NCBI GenBank assembly: GCA_051252135.1
Contig: JBPOGH010000003.1
Coordinates: forward strand, 237,738 to 301,737
Source of the DNA: Verrucomicrobiaceae bacterium
Lineage (GTDB): Bacteria; Verrucomicrobiota; Verrucomicrobiia; Verrucomicrobiales; Akkermansiaceae
Length of the DNA stretch: 64,000 nt
Direction: 5' to 3'
The notes under the pieces were generated by a model. It saw only the letters and a list, made by a program, of their open reading frames with translations, made no database searches and had not been told where the DNA came from. Each line of letters opens with the position of its first letter. Within the stretch, counting starts at the first letter, position 1. Both the position numbers and the translations under genes were made by a program. Positions 19,469-29,019 of this stretch are shown here, in pieces.

Positions 19469-21085
19469 TTAAGCGCTGTTGCGGAAAGTGAGGTGTTCGT
19501 TGCGTTCGTGGAGATTGCCGATGAGGTAGGAAGCGGTGAGGAGGACAACCCATTGGCCGTCCTGATCGCGGGCGATGACGCAGCCGGAGGGAAGGGCGAC
19601 TTTGGGCGGCTCGCGATCGCTTCGTGATTTGTCGGGCTCGTTTTCCTCGAACCATTGGACGCAGTTCCAGCGGGGGTGTTCGAGGCGGGTTTCGACCTGA
19701 TACTCGGAGATGAGGCGGGCCTGGAGGACTTCGAATTGGAGGGGCCCAACGGCTCCAAGGAGAGGGACGGTCTGGGCGCTCTGGTGGACGTGGTAAGCTT
19801 GGGCGACGCCTTCTTTCATGAGCTGCTCCATGCCGGAGCGGTAGCGTTTGATGTTCGCGGTGTCTTTGTTGAGGATGTAGGTGAAGCACTCGGGGGTGAA
19901 TCTCGGCATCTCGTTGTAGACAACCTTGGGATCGCTGGTGAGGGTGTCGCCAATGAGGAAATTGTAGTTTCCGACGAGGGCGAGGATATCGCCGGCGTAG
20001 GCGGTATCGAGGGTCTCGCGATCCTGGCCGAAGAGCTTTTGGGCGTTGGCGAGTCTCACCTTTTTTCCGGACCGTTGGTCGATGACTTGCATGTCGCGCT
20101 CGAAGACGCCGGAGACGATGCGGATGAAGACGGCGCGGTCCCGGTGGCGCGGGTTCATGTTGGCCTGAATCTTAAAGACGAAGCCGGAGAAGTTGTCGGT
20201 GGTGGGTTCGATGAACTCGTCCTTGCTGACGCGGCCAGTGGGAGCGGGAGCCATTTCGAGGAAGCTTTCGAGCATGTTCTGGACGCCGAAGTTGTTCATG
20301 GCGCTGCCGAAGTAGACGGGCATTTGCTGGCCGGCGAGGACGCGCTCGAGGTCGAGGGGCTCGGTGAGGCCGTCGAGGAGTTCGACTTCCGAGGTGACGG
20401 TTTCATAGAGTTCGTCGCTGAGGGCTTCGCGCATTTTAGGGTCCTCGATGCCGGCGACTTCGAGGGGGGCTTTGAAGGCGCCGTGGGCGGTTTTTTCGAA
20501 GAGGTGGACTTCGTCTTTTTTACGATCGTAAACGCCGCGGAAGCGGGGGCCGTCGCCGAGGGGCCAGTTGACGGGAGCCGGAGATAGTTTGAGGACTTTT
20601 TCGAGCTCGTCGATGAGCTCAAGGGGTGGACGCGAAGGGCGGTCCATCTTGTTGACGAAGACGAAGATGGGAACGCCTCGCTTGCGGCAGACCTCGAAGA
20701 GTTTGAGGGTCTGGGCTTCGATTCCCTTACCGGCATCGATAACCATGACGGCGGCATCAACGGCGGAGAGGACGCGGTAGGTGTCCTCGGAAAAATCGTG
20801 GTGCCCGGGGGTGTCGAGAAGGTTGACGCAGCAGCCGTTGTATTCGAACTGGAGGACGGTGGAGGAGACGGAGATGCCCCGCTCTTTTTCCATGGCCATC
20901 CAGTCGCTGGAGGTGGACTGCTGTTCTTTCTTGGAAGTGACGCTGCCGGCGAGGCCGATGGCACCTCCATAAAGGAGGAGTTTCTCGGTGAGAGTGGTCT
21001 TTCCGGCATCCGGATGGGAGATGATGGCGAAGGTGCGGCGGCGTGAGATTTCACGGGCGGCGGCGGTGGGAACTGAGGTGCTCAA
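19469..21085 (-). CDS. prfC: Peptide chain release factor 3
   Basis: RRTFAIISHPDAGKTTLTEKLLL, DTPGHHDFSEDTYR, FKIQANM.P.HRDR, GAVGPLQFEV. Confidence 0.97.
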   Translation of the reverse strand: MSTSVPTAAAREISRRRTFAIISHPDAGKTTLTEKLLLYGGAIGLAGSVTSKKEQQSTSSDWMAMEKERGISVSSTVLQFEYNGCCVNLLDTPGHHDFSEDTYRVLSAVDAAVMVIDAGKGIEAQTLKLFEVCRKRGVPIFVFVNKMDRPSRPPLELIDELEKVLKLSPAPVNWPLGDGPRFRGVYDRKKDEVHLFEKTAHGAFKAPLEVAGIEDPKMREALSDELYETVTSEVELLDGLTEPLDLERVLAGQQMPVYFGSAMNNFGVQNMLESFLEMAPAPTGRVSKDEFIEPTTDNFSGFVFKIQANMNPRHRDRAVFIRIVSGVFERDMQVIDQRSGKKVRLANAQKLFGQDRETLDTAYAGDILALVGNYNFLIGDTLTSDPKVVYNEMPRFTPECFTYILNKDTANIKRYRSGMEQLMKEGVAQAYHVHQSAQTVPLLGAVGPLQFEVLQARLISEYQVETRLEHPRWNCVQWFEENEPDKSRSDREPPKVALPSGCVIARDQDGQWVVLLTASYLIGNLHERNEHLTFRNSA

Positions 21086-21312
21086 GGGTGGAAGGCTGGT
21101 GGGACCGGGAGGTGGTAGCTTGAAGGAGGGGATTTAACAACCTTGGGGGTGGATTGGTTGAGAGAGGGCTCACGCGGGACAGCAACCGGAGCATAGCGGA
21201 ACCGGAACAAAGTGGAGATCGCCGTAGGCAAATAGCCGCAGGCAAAGCAGCAGGGGCCCGATTGGAGGGATCAATCGAAATGACCGCCAAAACAATCTTG
21301 GTATGATGAGAA

Positions 21313-23298
21313 GTGAGATTACCATCACGGTTGATGATTTTTCACCCGAAGACCTCTGGCAGCCCCATTTGTAAATGGGCCATCGTCAGCCTGTTGAGCG
21401 CGTTGATGTTGACCGCCCATGGACAGTCTCTTGGCCTTGAAATCCAGAAGTCGGCGGGCGGCGCTCTTGAGCTCAAGCTTAACGGCGAGGTCTCGCGGGA
21501 TCACGAACTTGAGTTTTCACAAGATGCCCTCGAATGGGAACCTTTGATGTCTTTGAAGCTCCCTTCGGATTCTCTGGTGTGGGCGGACCCGCTCGCTTCA
21601 TTTCGTCCGCGCGGATTCTATCGATTTACAGAATGGGCGGGCAATGCGCCGCAGAATTTTGCCGACAATTTTCGACTCAACGATCATCAGGGACGTTCGC
21701 GGGAGCTGTTTTACAACACCCATCTGGATGCTGTCGTTTTGATCTTCATCGATCCGAGCGGCGACGATTCGTTGGCCGCCACTCTGGCAGACTTGGAAAA
21801 CACCTTTGGTTCCCAGGAAGTGGAATTTTGGTTGATCGATCCTGTTTCTGCAGAGCGCTCCGAGCTTGTAGCCAATGCGAGCGATTGGGAAGTTGATATG
21901 CCGATTCTTCATGACCGTGCCCAACTCGTTTCGCGCGCCTACAAGGTGCACCGTGGCACCGAAGCGGTTGCGATAGACCCCACGACGCGACGCATTTTTT
22001 ATCGCGGAACGATTGACCGACCGGCCGAAGGAGATTCGCCTGCGCAATCTTATCTGGAGGATGCCCTCACGGGATTTCTCGCCGCGCAGCCTGCGATCTA
22101 CTCGCGCACTCCCGCCACTGATTACGTCATTCCATTGGCCCCGGTCGTACCGGTCTCTTACGAGGAAACCATTGCTCCGATGCTGATTGAAAAATGTGTG
22201 AATTGCCACAGCCCCGGGAACATCGCGCCGTTTACGATGAGTGATTACCAAACGATTGTCACCTGGGCCCACGCCATTCGCCACGCGGTTCACACGGGTG
22301 AGATGCCCCCGTGGTTCGCCGATCCCGAACACGGGGCTTTCGAAAATGACTGGTCACTGTCGGATGAATCGGCCCGAGCTCTGATCGACTGGATTGATCA
22401 AGGGACTCCCCGGGGAGTGGGTGCGGATCCCCTCGCTGAATTTTTCGCAAATACCCCTCCGCCATCTGATTACCCCGTGAACTGGCCTTCCGAACTTGGC
22501 CCTCCTGATCTCATTGTCAGCATTCCGAATCAAAATATCCCTGCCAATGGTGAGATCGACTATCGCTACATTGAGGTGAAGCCAAACATCCCTGCTGACA
22601 CTTACCTTCGCGCGGCGATTCTCAAACCCGGTAACCGAGCTGTGGTCCATCATGGTTTGGTGTTCCTCGGAACCACCTTCGAAGCGTTCATTCAAGGTGC
22701 TGGCTTGAACGGATACTTCGCTGGCTACGTGCCGGGTGTTCGCTCTACTGCCTTTCCGCCTGACACGGGTAAGTTCATTCCTGCGAACCCGACGCTGACG
22801 ATTCAGATGCATTATCAAGCCAATGGAAGCCCGCAGACAGACCAGACCCAATTGGGTCTCTACTTTCATACCACACCACCGGCGACGGAGTATCGCACCA
22901 CTGCGGCTAGCACGACCTCGATTAATATTCCCGCCACAGCGCGTGAATACACGCGGGAGGCGACCGTCGTTCTTTCGGACACCGAGGAAACCATTCTCTA
23001 CGAGTTGAGTCCCCACATGCACTATCGCGGTACGCGCATGGAGTATGATGCGATTTATCCTGGCGGGGACACCGAGAAACTTCTCTCGGTGCCGAACTAC
23101 ATCTTTGATTGGCAGCTGCTCTATCGCTTGGCCGAACCCAAGGTGTTGCCGGCAGGGACCGTCATTCGAGTGCGCGGCGCTTTCGACAATTCGGCACAGA
23201 ATCCCTATAATCCCAACCCGGCTGTCTCGGTGGGATTTGGGGAGCAGAGCGACGAGGAAATGTTCATTGGCTACATCAATTTTGGGGTGCGCCGATGA
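21313..23298 (+). CDS. Secreted redoxin-like / cytochrome c / copper type II monooxygenase multidomain protein
   Basis: Redoxin-like segment, CVNCH heme motif, MPPW, VVHH, PHMHYRG, EEM copper ligands; start uncertain. Confidence 0.75.
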   Translation: MRLPSRLMIFHPKTSGSPICKWAIVSLLSALMLTAHGQSLGLEIQKSAGGALELKLNGEVSRDHELEFSQDALEWEPLMSLKLPSDSLVWADPLASFRPRGFYRFTEWAGNAPQNFADNFRLNDHQGRSRELFYNTHLDAVVLIFIDPSGDDSLAATLADLENTFGSQEVEFWLIDPVSAERSELVANASDWEVDMPILHDRAQLVSRAYKVHRGTEAVAIDPTTRRIFYRGTIDRPAEGDSPAQSYLEDALTGFLAAQPAIYSRTPATDYVIPLAPVVPVSYEETIAPMLIEKCVNCHSPGNIAPFTMSDYQTIVTWAHAIRHAVHTGEMPPWFADPEHGAFENDWSLSDESARALIDWIDQGTPRGVGADPLAEFFANTPPPSDYPVNWPSELGPPDLIVSIPNQNIPANGEIDYRYIEVKPNIPADTYLRAAILKPGNRAVVHHGLVFLGTTFEAFIQGAGLNGYFAGYVPGVRSTAFPPDTGKFIPANPTLTIQMHYQANGSPQTDQTQLGLYFHTTPPATEYRTTAASTTSINIPATAREYTREATVVLSDTEETILYELSPHMHYRGTRMEYDAIYPGGDTEKLLSVPNYIFDWQLLYRLAEPKVLPAGTVIRVRGAFDNSAQNPYNPNPAVSVGFGEQSDEEMFIGYINFGVRR

Positions 23299-23424
23299 GC
23301 AATGGGAGCAGACCTTGATTGACCGTCGGTCACAGGTGTTGCCGTTGGCTATCTCAGCTTGGTTGGGGGGAAGCACCCGAGGGCATTTCACGGACGGGGA
23401 CGTTCCCTCTCATTATTGGGAGCG

Positions 23425-25584
23425 CTACTTGAGTTGGATGGTGAGAGATTTTAGGGGGGCGGTGAGGTTGAAGTCTTTTTCGTAGTCGCCGACGAGGCCG
23501 CCGGTGTCTTGGGCGAGTTCCAGGGTGTCGAGGGGGTGGGCGGTGAGGAGGGCGTCGCCGACGGTCATGTTGCTTTTGCGGCCTTCGGGGGTGGTGTAGC
23601 CGACGATGAGGCCTTTTTCGGAGGCGTAGGCGAAGAGGGGGCCGGTGGCTTTTGGGGGGAGGGGGATGTTGACGTTGGTACCTTTTCCACCTTGGCGGGT
23701 GGTGAAGTGGAGGTGGGCGTCTTTGATGAAGAGGGTCCAGCCGTGGTTGGTTCCGCCTTGGGCGGCGATGACTCCTTGGGTGCTTTTGGTGGGTGGCTTT
23801 TCGAGCTGGGCGGTGATGGTGAAGGCACGGTTGGCGATGGCGGGGGAGGTTTCGGAGGTGAAGGTGTCGCCGGGTTTGAGGTTGAAGATTTTTTTTGCGG
23901 AGGTTTTGTCTCGTTTGATTTTTTTCCAACTACCGAAGGGGACGACGCCTCGTTCTTTGGCCCATGTTTCGTATTGGGCGGACATGGTTTTGACGCGGTC
24001 GGGGTGGGTGGTGGCGAGGTTGTTCATCTCGGTGCGATCGGCGGGGATGTTGTAGAGTTCCCAGTGACCTTTGACGCCTTTGGCGACGAGTTTCCAGTCG
24101 CCATCACGGACGGCGCGGTTGCCTTCGTGCTCCCAGTAGATGGGTTTGCCGCGCTTGATTTTTTCGCCTTTGAAGATGGGGGCGAGGGAGGTGCCTTCGA
24201 CGGGGATTTTATCGTCGGGATACGATGCTTTGCCGAGGTCGAGGCAGGTGGCCATGAGGTCGATGAGGTGGGTGGGCCCTTTGGCCCAGGTGTTTTTTGC
24301 GGCGATGCCTTTTGGCCAATGGGCGATGAGGGGGGTGGAGATTCCGCCTTCGTGGACCCAGTGTTTGTATTCGCGGAAGGGGGTGTTTGAGACGTTGGCC
24401 CAGTTTTCGCCGTAGCCGATTTCGGTTTCAGGTGGTCCGGGCATGACGCCCTTTCCGCGGCGGAGGGGGTAGCCGTCGCGGGATTGGGTGGGGACCATTT
24501 CGGTTTGGAGTTCGTCCTTACCCATGGGCTTGAGGGTGGGAGCGGCGGGACGCTCGAGGGGGCCGACAAGTTGGCCGCGGCCGAAGTTTTCGGCGCAGCC
24601 GCCGTTATCCTGGAAGAAGAGGATGAGGGTGTTGTCGAGTTGGCCGGTTTCACGGAGGGACTGGATGATGCGGCCGATGCCTTGGTCCATGTTATCGACC
24701 ATGGCGGCGTAGACTTCCATGCAGGCGGATTCCCATTTCTTGAGTTCGACTTTGGACCAGTCACCGATGGGGCCGGGGATTTGCCAAGCGGGGTCGATGA
24801 GTCCGAGGGACTTCATTTTTTTAAGGCGGGCTTCGTAGATGGGGGCGTAGCCTTGGTCGTATTTGCCTTCATACTTTGCGATGTCCTCTGGGAGGGCGTG
24901 CATGGGCCAGTGGGCGGCGGTGTAGGAGACGTAGTGGAAGAAGGGTTTGTCGCGGTGGTGCTGGTGGTGATCGTGGATGTATTTGACGGTGTTGTCCGAG
25001 ATGGCGTCGGTGTAATACCAGGTGCCTTCGGGTTGGTATTCGGGGTCGTTCTCCGGGGTGATCTGGGTGTTGCCGCGGGTGAGAGAGTTGGGATCGAAGA
25101 GGGAGCCGGCCCCGTGAATGGTGCCGAAGAATTTATCGAAACCGCGCTGGCGGGGCCAGTTGTCTTGGGGATCGTCGTGTTTGACCTTGGGGGTGACGTG
25201 CCATTTTCCTGACATGTAGGTGCGGTAGCCGGCGGGGCGGAGGGCTTCGGCGATGGTGAGGCATTCTTTGTTGAGGTAGCCTTGATATTGGGGGATGCCG
25301 TAGTCGCTGGTCATGTGGCCGATGCCGGCTTGGTGGGCGTAGAGGCCGGTGAGGAGGGAGGCGCGGGTGGGACAGCAGCGGGCGGTGTTGTAGAACTGGG
25401 TGAAGCGGAGGCCGTTGGCGGCGAGGGCGTCGAGGTTGGGGGTTTCGATTTCGGAGCCGTAGCAGCCGATATCGGAGTAGCCCATGTCATCGGACATGAT
25501 GAGGATGATATTGGGCCGGGGCTCTTCCGCAATAGCAGCGCAGAAGAAGCTTAGAAAAGTCAGGAGAATGAGAACTCTGCGCAT
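23425..25584 (-). CDS. Arylsulfatase with C-terminal LamG-like extension
   Basis: PNIILIMSDDMG, CCPTRASLLTG, GKWH, QDNG, HEGGISTP. Confidence 0.92.
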   Translation of the reverse strand: MRRVLILLTFLSFFCAAIAEEPRPNIILIMSDDMGYSDIGCYGSEIETPNLDALAANGLRFTQFYNTARCCPTRASLLTGLYAHQAGIGHMTSDYGIPQYQGYLNKECLTIAEALRPAGYRTYMSGKWHVTPKVKHDDPQDNWPRQRGFDKFFGTIHGAGSLFDPNSLTRGNTQITPENDPEYQPEGTWYYTDAISDNTVKYIHDHHQHHRDKPFFHYVSYTAAHWPMHALPEDIAKYEGKYDQGYAPIYEARLKKMKSLGLIDPAWQIPGPIGDWSKVELKKWESACMEVYAAMVDNMDQGIGRIIQSLRETGQLDNTLILFFQDNGGCAENFGRGQLVGPLERPAAPTLKPMGKDELQTEMVPTQSRDGYPLRRGKGVMPGPPETEIGYGENWANVSNTPFREYKHWVHEGGISTPLIAHWPKGIAAKNTWAKGPTHLIDLMATCLDLGKASYPDDKIPVEGTSLAPIFKGEKIKRGKPIYWEHEGNRAVRDGDWKLVAKGVKGHWELYNIPADRTEMNNLATTHPDRVKTMSAQYETWAKERGVVPFGSWKKIKRDKTSAKKIFNLKPGDTFTSETSPAIANRAFTITAQLEKPPTKSTQGVIAAQGGTNHGWTLFIKDAHLHFTTRQGGKGTNVNIPLPPKATGPLFAYASEKGLIVGYTTPEGRKSNMTVGDALLTAHPLDTLELAQDTGGLVGDYEKDFNLTAPLKSLTIQLK

Positions 25585-25637
25585 CTCTCAGGATTACGAA
25601 TCAAGAATCCGGAGTCGATCATGGAAAACCCTCAATC

Positions 25638-26891
25638 CTACCACGGTCTGGCTCGCAGTTGATATGCGGCTTCCCGGACCTCGCCGCCACGGAGGTACTT
25701 CACCTTAATTCGATCCCCAGCCTCATGGTGGAGGCGGATGTACACCTGGGCATTAACCGCCAGAGGGTTGGCGCTCACACCATTAACTGAGAGGACGATG
25801 TCCCCTTCCCTCATTCCGGCCTTCTGTCCGTTGGTGTTGACCCAGAATTTTGTGGTTCGGGTTGCGAAGCTTTTTTCCGGAAGTCCCAACGTTTTTTTCT
25901 CCTCGATGGTGAGCGGTTTTCCCCAGAAGCCGGGGAAAGGTTCCATCTTATGGCCGATGGAACGACGGTTGAGATCAGTGACCCGCCAGTGAGGAGGCAA
26001 GGGGATTTTTCGAGATGCCTTGTCTGTCGTGATGTCGACTGATTGGCGGGCACGTGGAAGATGATGAAGGACGTACTGGATGTCGGCAAAGGTGCTCACG
26101 CGCTGGCCATCGACGGTCCGGATCTGCTCCCCGGACCTGAGGCCGGCCAATGCAGCGGAACCGGTAGCGGCTTCGATGACGGTGGGATCGTCCACCTTGA
26201 GGGCCAGTCCCAGCCTGGTGGGATCGGGGAAGATCCAGGGCATTGTTTTCTTGTCAAAATCTGCCAAAGCGAACAATTCCACCGCTTGTCCCTCGGCAAC
26301 TTGGTGGCAGTGGACACATTGGTTTTTCTGCACCACTTTTTTGACGTTGGGGAAGGTCTGCGACATTCGCGAGCGATTTGCGGCAGCGGGTTTCCACTCC
26401 CCTGCCCTCCACTCTTTGTGCAACTTAAGGCCCCGCTTCAGTGCAACAATGGCGCTCGGGAGAGAAAGAAAGGTCTCGGATCCGGCATCGGTGCGGGCGC
26501 CGTAGCGGAGGTAGACTTCATTCTGATGATTGATGACGAAGAGTCCGAAGGTGGTGTTGAAATCGAACTCAAAGATTCCGATGTCGACCTCCGCCATGTT
26601 CGTGATTCTCAGGCGCACAAATTGCTCCTGCAGTTTTGCCAACGGACTGTCTTTTTCAGGATGCACAAACTGTGCCTCAAACTCACGGCAAGCCGCTCAA
26701 CTTTCTCACCGGAACTCTACCAGAATCGGTTTACCGGTTTGGCGCGACTGCTCTCTGGCTTCCCCGGGATTGGCGAGCCAAGGCAGTGTCGATTCGAAGG
26801 CGGGCGCGGGGGTGTGTTTCTCTTCAGCAGTTAGTTCAGGTGACAAGAAGCAGGCCCAAATTAGGGCCAGAGCCGGAGTCGAGATTTTCAT
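25638..26891 (-). CDS. Thioredoxin (Trx7-like)/PDZ domain selenoprotein candidate with two in-frame UGA codons (417 aa)
   Basis: ORFs 26706..26891 and 25638..26666 are in the same frame, joined as GKPILVEFR-U-ES-U-AACREFE; TGA at 26708-26706 and 26699-26697; also CVHCHQ and two PDZ-like segments. Confidence 0.8.
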
Positions 26892-26924
26892 AGCCGCGAT
26901 CTTACCGCGTTGGAACGGACCTAG

Positions 26925-27401
26925 CTAGTTGAGAATCGCGTATCCGGCATTGAGGTAGGTGGCGTAAGAAACCCAGAGCAGGTAGGGAACGAGAAGAAGT
27001 GCCGCGGGCTTTGAGAATCTTTTAAACTCCCGAATGGTCAGGATGATGAAGATCCAAAGGAGGACAATGATGACCAAAGCAACCTCAATAAGGTGGGCTC
27101 CAAAGAATGCGGGGGTCCACACCAGATTGAGAAGGAGTTGAGTGAAAAACAAGAAGGTGGGACGCGTCCGGCCCAACTGAGCGGGGTGACGGTGCCAAAG
27201 GAGAGCGAAGCTGACTCCAATCATGGCATAAAGAGTGGTCCAGACGGGGCCAAAGACCCAATTGGGCGGAGTCCCGGGAGGACTGATCAAATCAGCGTAC
27301 CAAGTGTCAATGGACGATGTCGTTAGAAAGGCTCCCAGTCCGCCAAGAAGCTGCATGAGAATGACGCAGACGACGGATTTAACCACAAGTGAAGATGCCA
27401 T
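26925..27401 (-). CDS. tspO: TspO/MBR family tryptophan-rich sensory protein
   Basis: WYADL..PPNWVFGPVWTTLY, LLVPYLLWVSYATYLN. Confidence 0.92.
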   Translation of the reverse strand: MASSLVVKSVVCVILMQLLGGLGAFLTTSSIDTWYADLISPPGTPPNWVFGPVWTTLYAMIGVSFALLWHRHPAQLGRTRPTFLFFTQLLLNLVWTPAFFGAHLIEVALVIIVLLWIFIILTIREFKRFSKPAALLLVPYLLWVSYATYLNAGYAILN

Positions 27402-27594
27402 TGTTCTATGTCGGCGACATTGGACGGTTTCGCAAACAAAATTCAACACCCGGCATACGCAAAACGGCACCCTCTCTGGTCGGGGTGGATGCCGAGGCTA
27501 GGGTCGCTCAGGAGGCTGCGTGAAAGTGGAGTTTTTCATCTGCAATTTACACGTAACAAAATGAGCGATAGGCGTCGGGAAGAAATGATTCATG

Positions 27595-28329
27595 CTAGCG
27601 AACCAGCATCCAGATCGACATTCCGATCATCATGAGGTTTTCGGTGAGCGAAATGAACCCCAACGGGACGCCATCCCCTCCCCCGGTGCAGGCGCACTCG
27701 AGGTCGCGTTTTTCCAGATAGACCGCCTTGAACACCGAGATGGCACCGACGGTGGCAACGAAGAGCGCGGCCGGAGCGGCCACCCAAGTGAAGAGGTGGG
27801 CAATCATGAGGATGCCCGCTCCAGTTTCAACGAAGGGGTAGAGGTAGGCATAGCGAACATCCTTTTGGGCAAGGAGGTCGTACTGGACAAAGCCGGTGGT
27901 GAAGGCGCTGAGGTTTTGGAGTTTTTGAATCCCGAGCACACACATGCTGATGGAGATGAAGAGCTCGGCGATCCGTATGGCGGGAAATTCTCCTGTCATC
28001 GCAAAGGCCGTGGTGAGGGCCATGAGGAACGAAACGGCGAAGATGGCGATGACCGGTTGGTAGGTTTTGCTGTCGGCTCCCTCGGGGGGGAGTCCGAGGT
28101 GGTCGCGGAGGTCATCGTATCCTCCGATGTTTTGACCCTCGATAAAGATTTGGGGTGTCTCGGAGTAGCCATTTTCTTCTTTGTAGGCCTTGTTGGCGTC
28201 CATCGAGTCGAGATGCTCGTCCTCGATTTCATAGCCCTCGCGCTCGAGAATATCTTTGGCTTTGATGCCCCAAGGGCAGAGGTGGTCGGGGGTGACCATG
28301 CGGACAATTTTTGCGTGCTTCTTTTTCAT
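27595..28329 (-). CDS. Glutaredoxin-like / MauE-domain membrane protein
   Basis: HLCPWG, TPQIFI..IGGYDDL, LECACTGG..PLGFISLTEN. Confidence 0.8.
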   Translation of the reverse strand: MKKKHAKIVRMVTPDHLCPWGIKAKDILEREGYEIEDEHLDSMDANKAYKEENGYSETPQIFIEGQNIGGYDDLRDHLGLPPEGADSKTYQPVIAIFAVSFLMALTTAFAMTGEFPAIRIAELFISISMCVLGIQKLQNLSAFTTGFVQYDLLAQKDVRYAYLYPFVETGAGILMIAHLFTWVAAPAALFVATVGAISVFKAVYLEKRDLECACTGGGDGVPLGFISLTENLMMIGMSIWMLVR

Positions 28330-28346
28330 TGGGTTTGGGAATCAGG

Positions 28347-28664
28347 TTAGTCGTTCGGAAGAAGGGCGAGGTATTTATCGGGGTCTTTGTTGAATTTTTT
28401 GAGGCACATTTTGCAGCAGAATTTCATCTCCTGGCCCTGATAGACGGTGGTTTGCATCTCGTCCCATTCATCGAGGGGCTCGTCGGTAACGAGGCACTTA
28501 TCGAGAGGGTAGGGTTTGATTTTTGGTGGAGTGGGATGGGAAGGTGCAGGCGCGGGACTGGCGCTCGCGACCGGAGAGCTGGCAGCGGGTTCAGGTGCGG
28601 CTCCGGTGTGCTGGCAAGAGACAAGTGTGAGCGAAATTCCGGCGATAAAGAGCGTGATTTTCAT
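28347..28664 (-). CDS. YHS/TRASH-like metal-binding lipoprotein
   Basis: Lipobox LVSC; YPLDKCLVT...FCCKMC...PDKYL. Confidence 0.75.
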   Translation of the reverse strand: MKITLFIAGISLTLVSCQHTGAAPEPAASSPVASASPAPAPSHPTPPKIKPYPLDKCLVTDEPLDEWDEMQTTVYQGQEMKFCCKMCLKKFNKDPDKYLALLPND

Positions 28665-28715
28665 GGGCTAAGGGAGGGAGCGCAGCCTTGGGGCCACGCT
28701 CCCGCCTGGTTTAGG

Positions 28716-28991
28716 TTAGAGTTTGGCGAGGTATTTTTCGGGGTTGGCATTGAATTTGGCGACGCAGGGCTTGCAGCAAAATTTCACCTCCTGTCCCTTG
28801 TGAACGATGGTGATGGGGTCCCCCATCGAGCCGAGCTTGTTATCGGTGACGATGCATTTGTCGCTGGGGTAGGATTTCACTCCGGTTGCGGACATGTTGT
28901 GTCCGGCATGCGGATCGGCAGTGGTGCCGGCGCAGGAATTGAGACCGAAGGCGAGGGCAGAAGCTGCCGCGATGATGATGGTTGTTTTCAT
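28716..28991 (-). CDS. YHS/TRASH-like metal-binding lipoprotein (paralogue of the previous gene)
   Basis: Lipobox LNSC; HAGHNM; YPSDKCIVT...FCCKPC...PEKYL. Confidence 0.75.
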   Translation of the reverse strand: MKTTIIIAAASALAFGLNSCAGTTADPHAGHNMSATGVKSYPSDKCIVTDNKLGSMGDPITIVHKGQEVKFCCKPCVAKFNANPEKYLAKL

Positions 28992-29019
28992 AGTTTTTTT
29001 TATTTTTGGGTTTGGAGAT

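Noticed and set aside
23299..23424. Intergenic GC-rich partial palindromes (also 63740-63795) as ncRNA or REP elements
   Set aside because: No second copy in the window and no recognisable RNA family.
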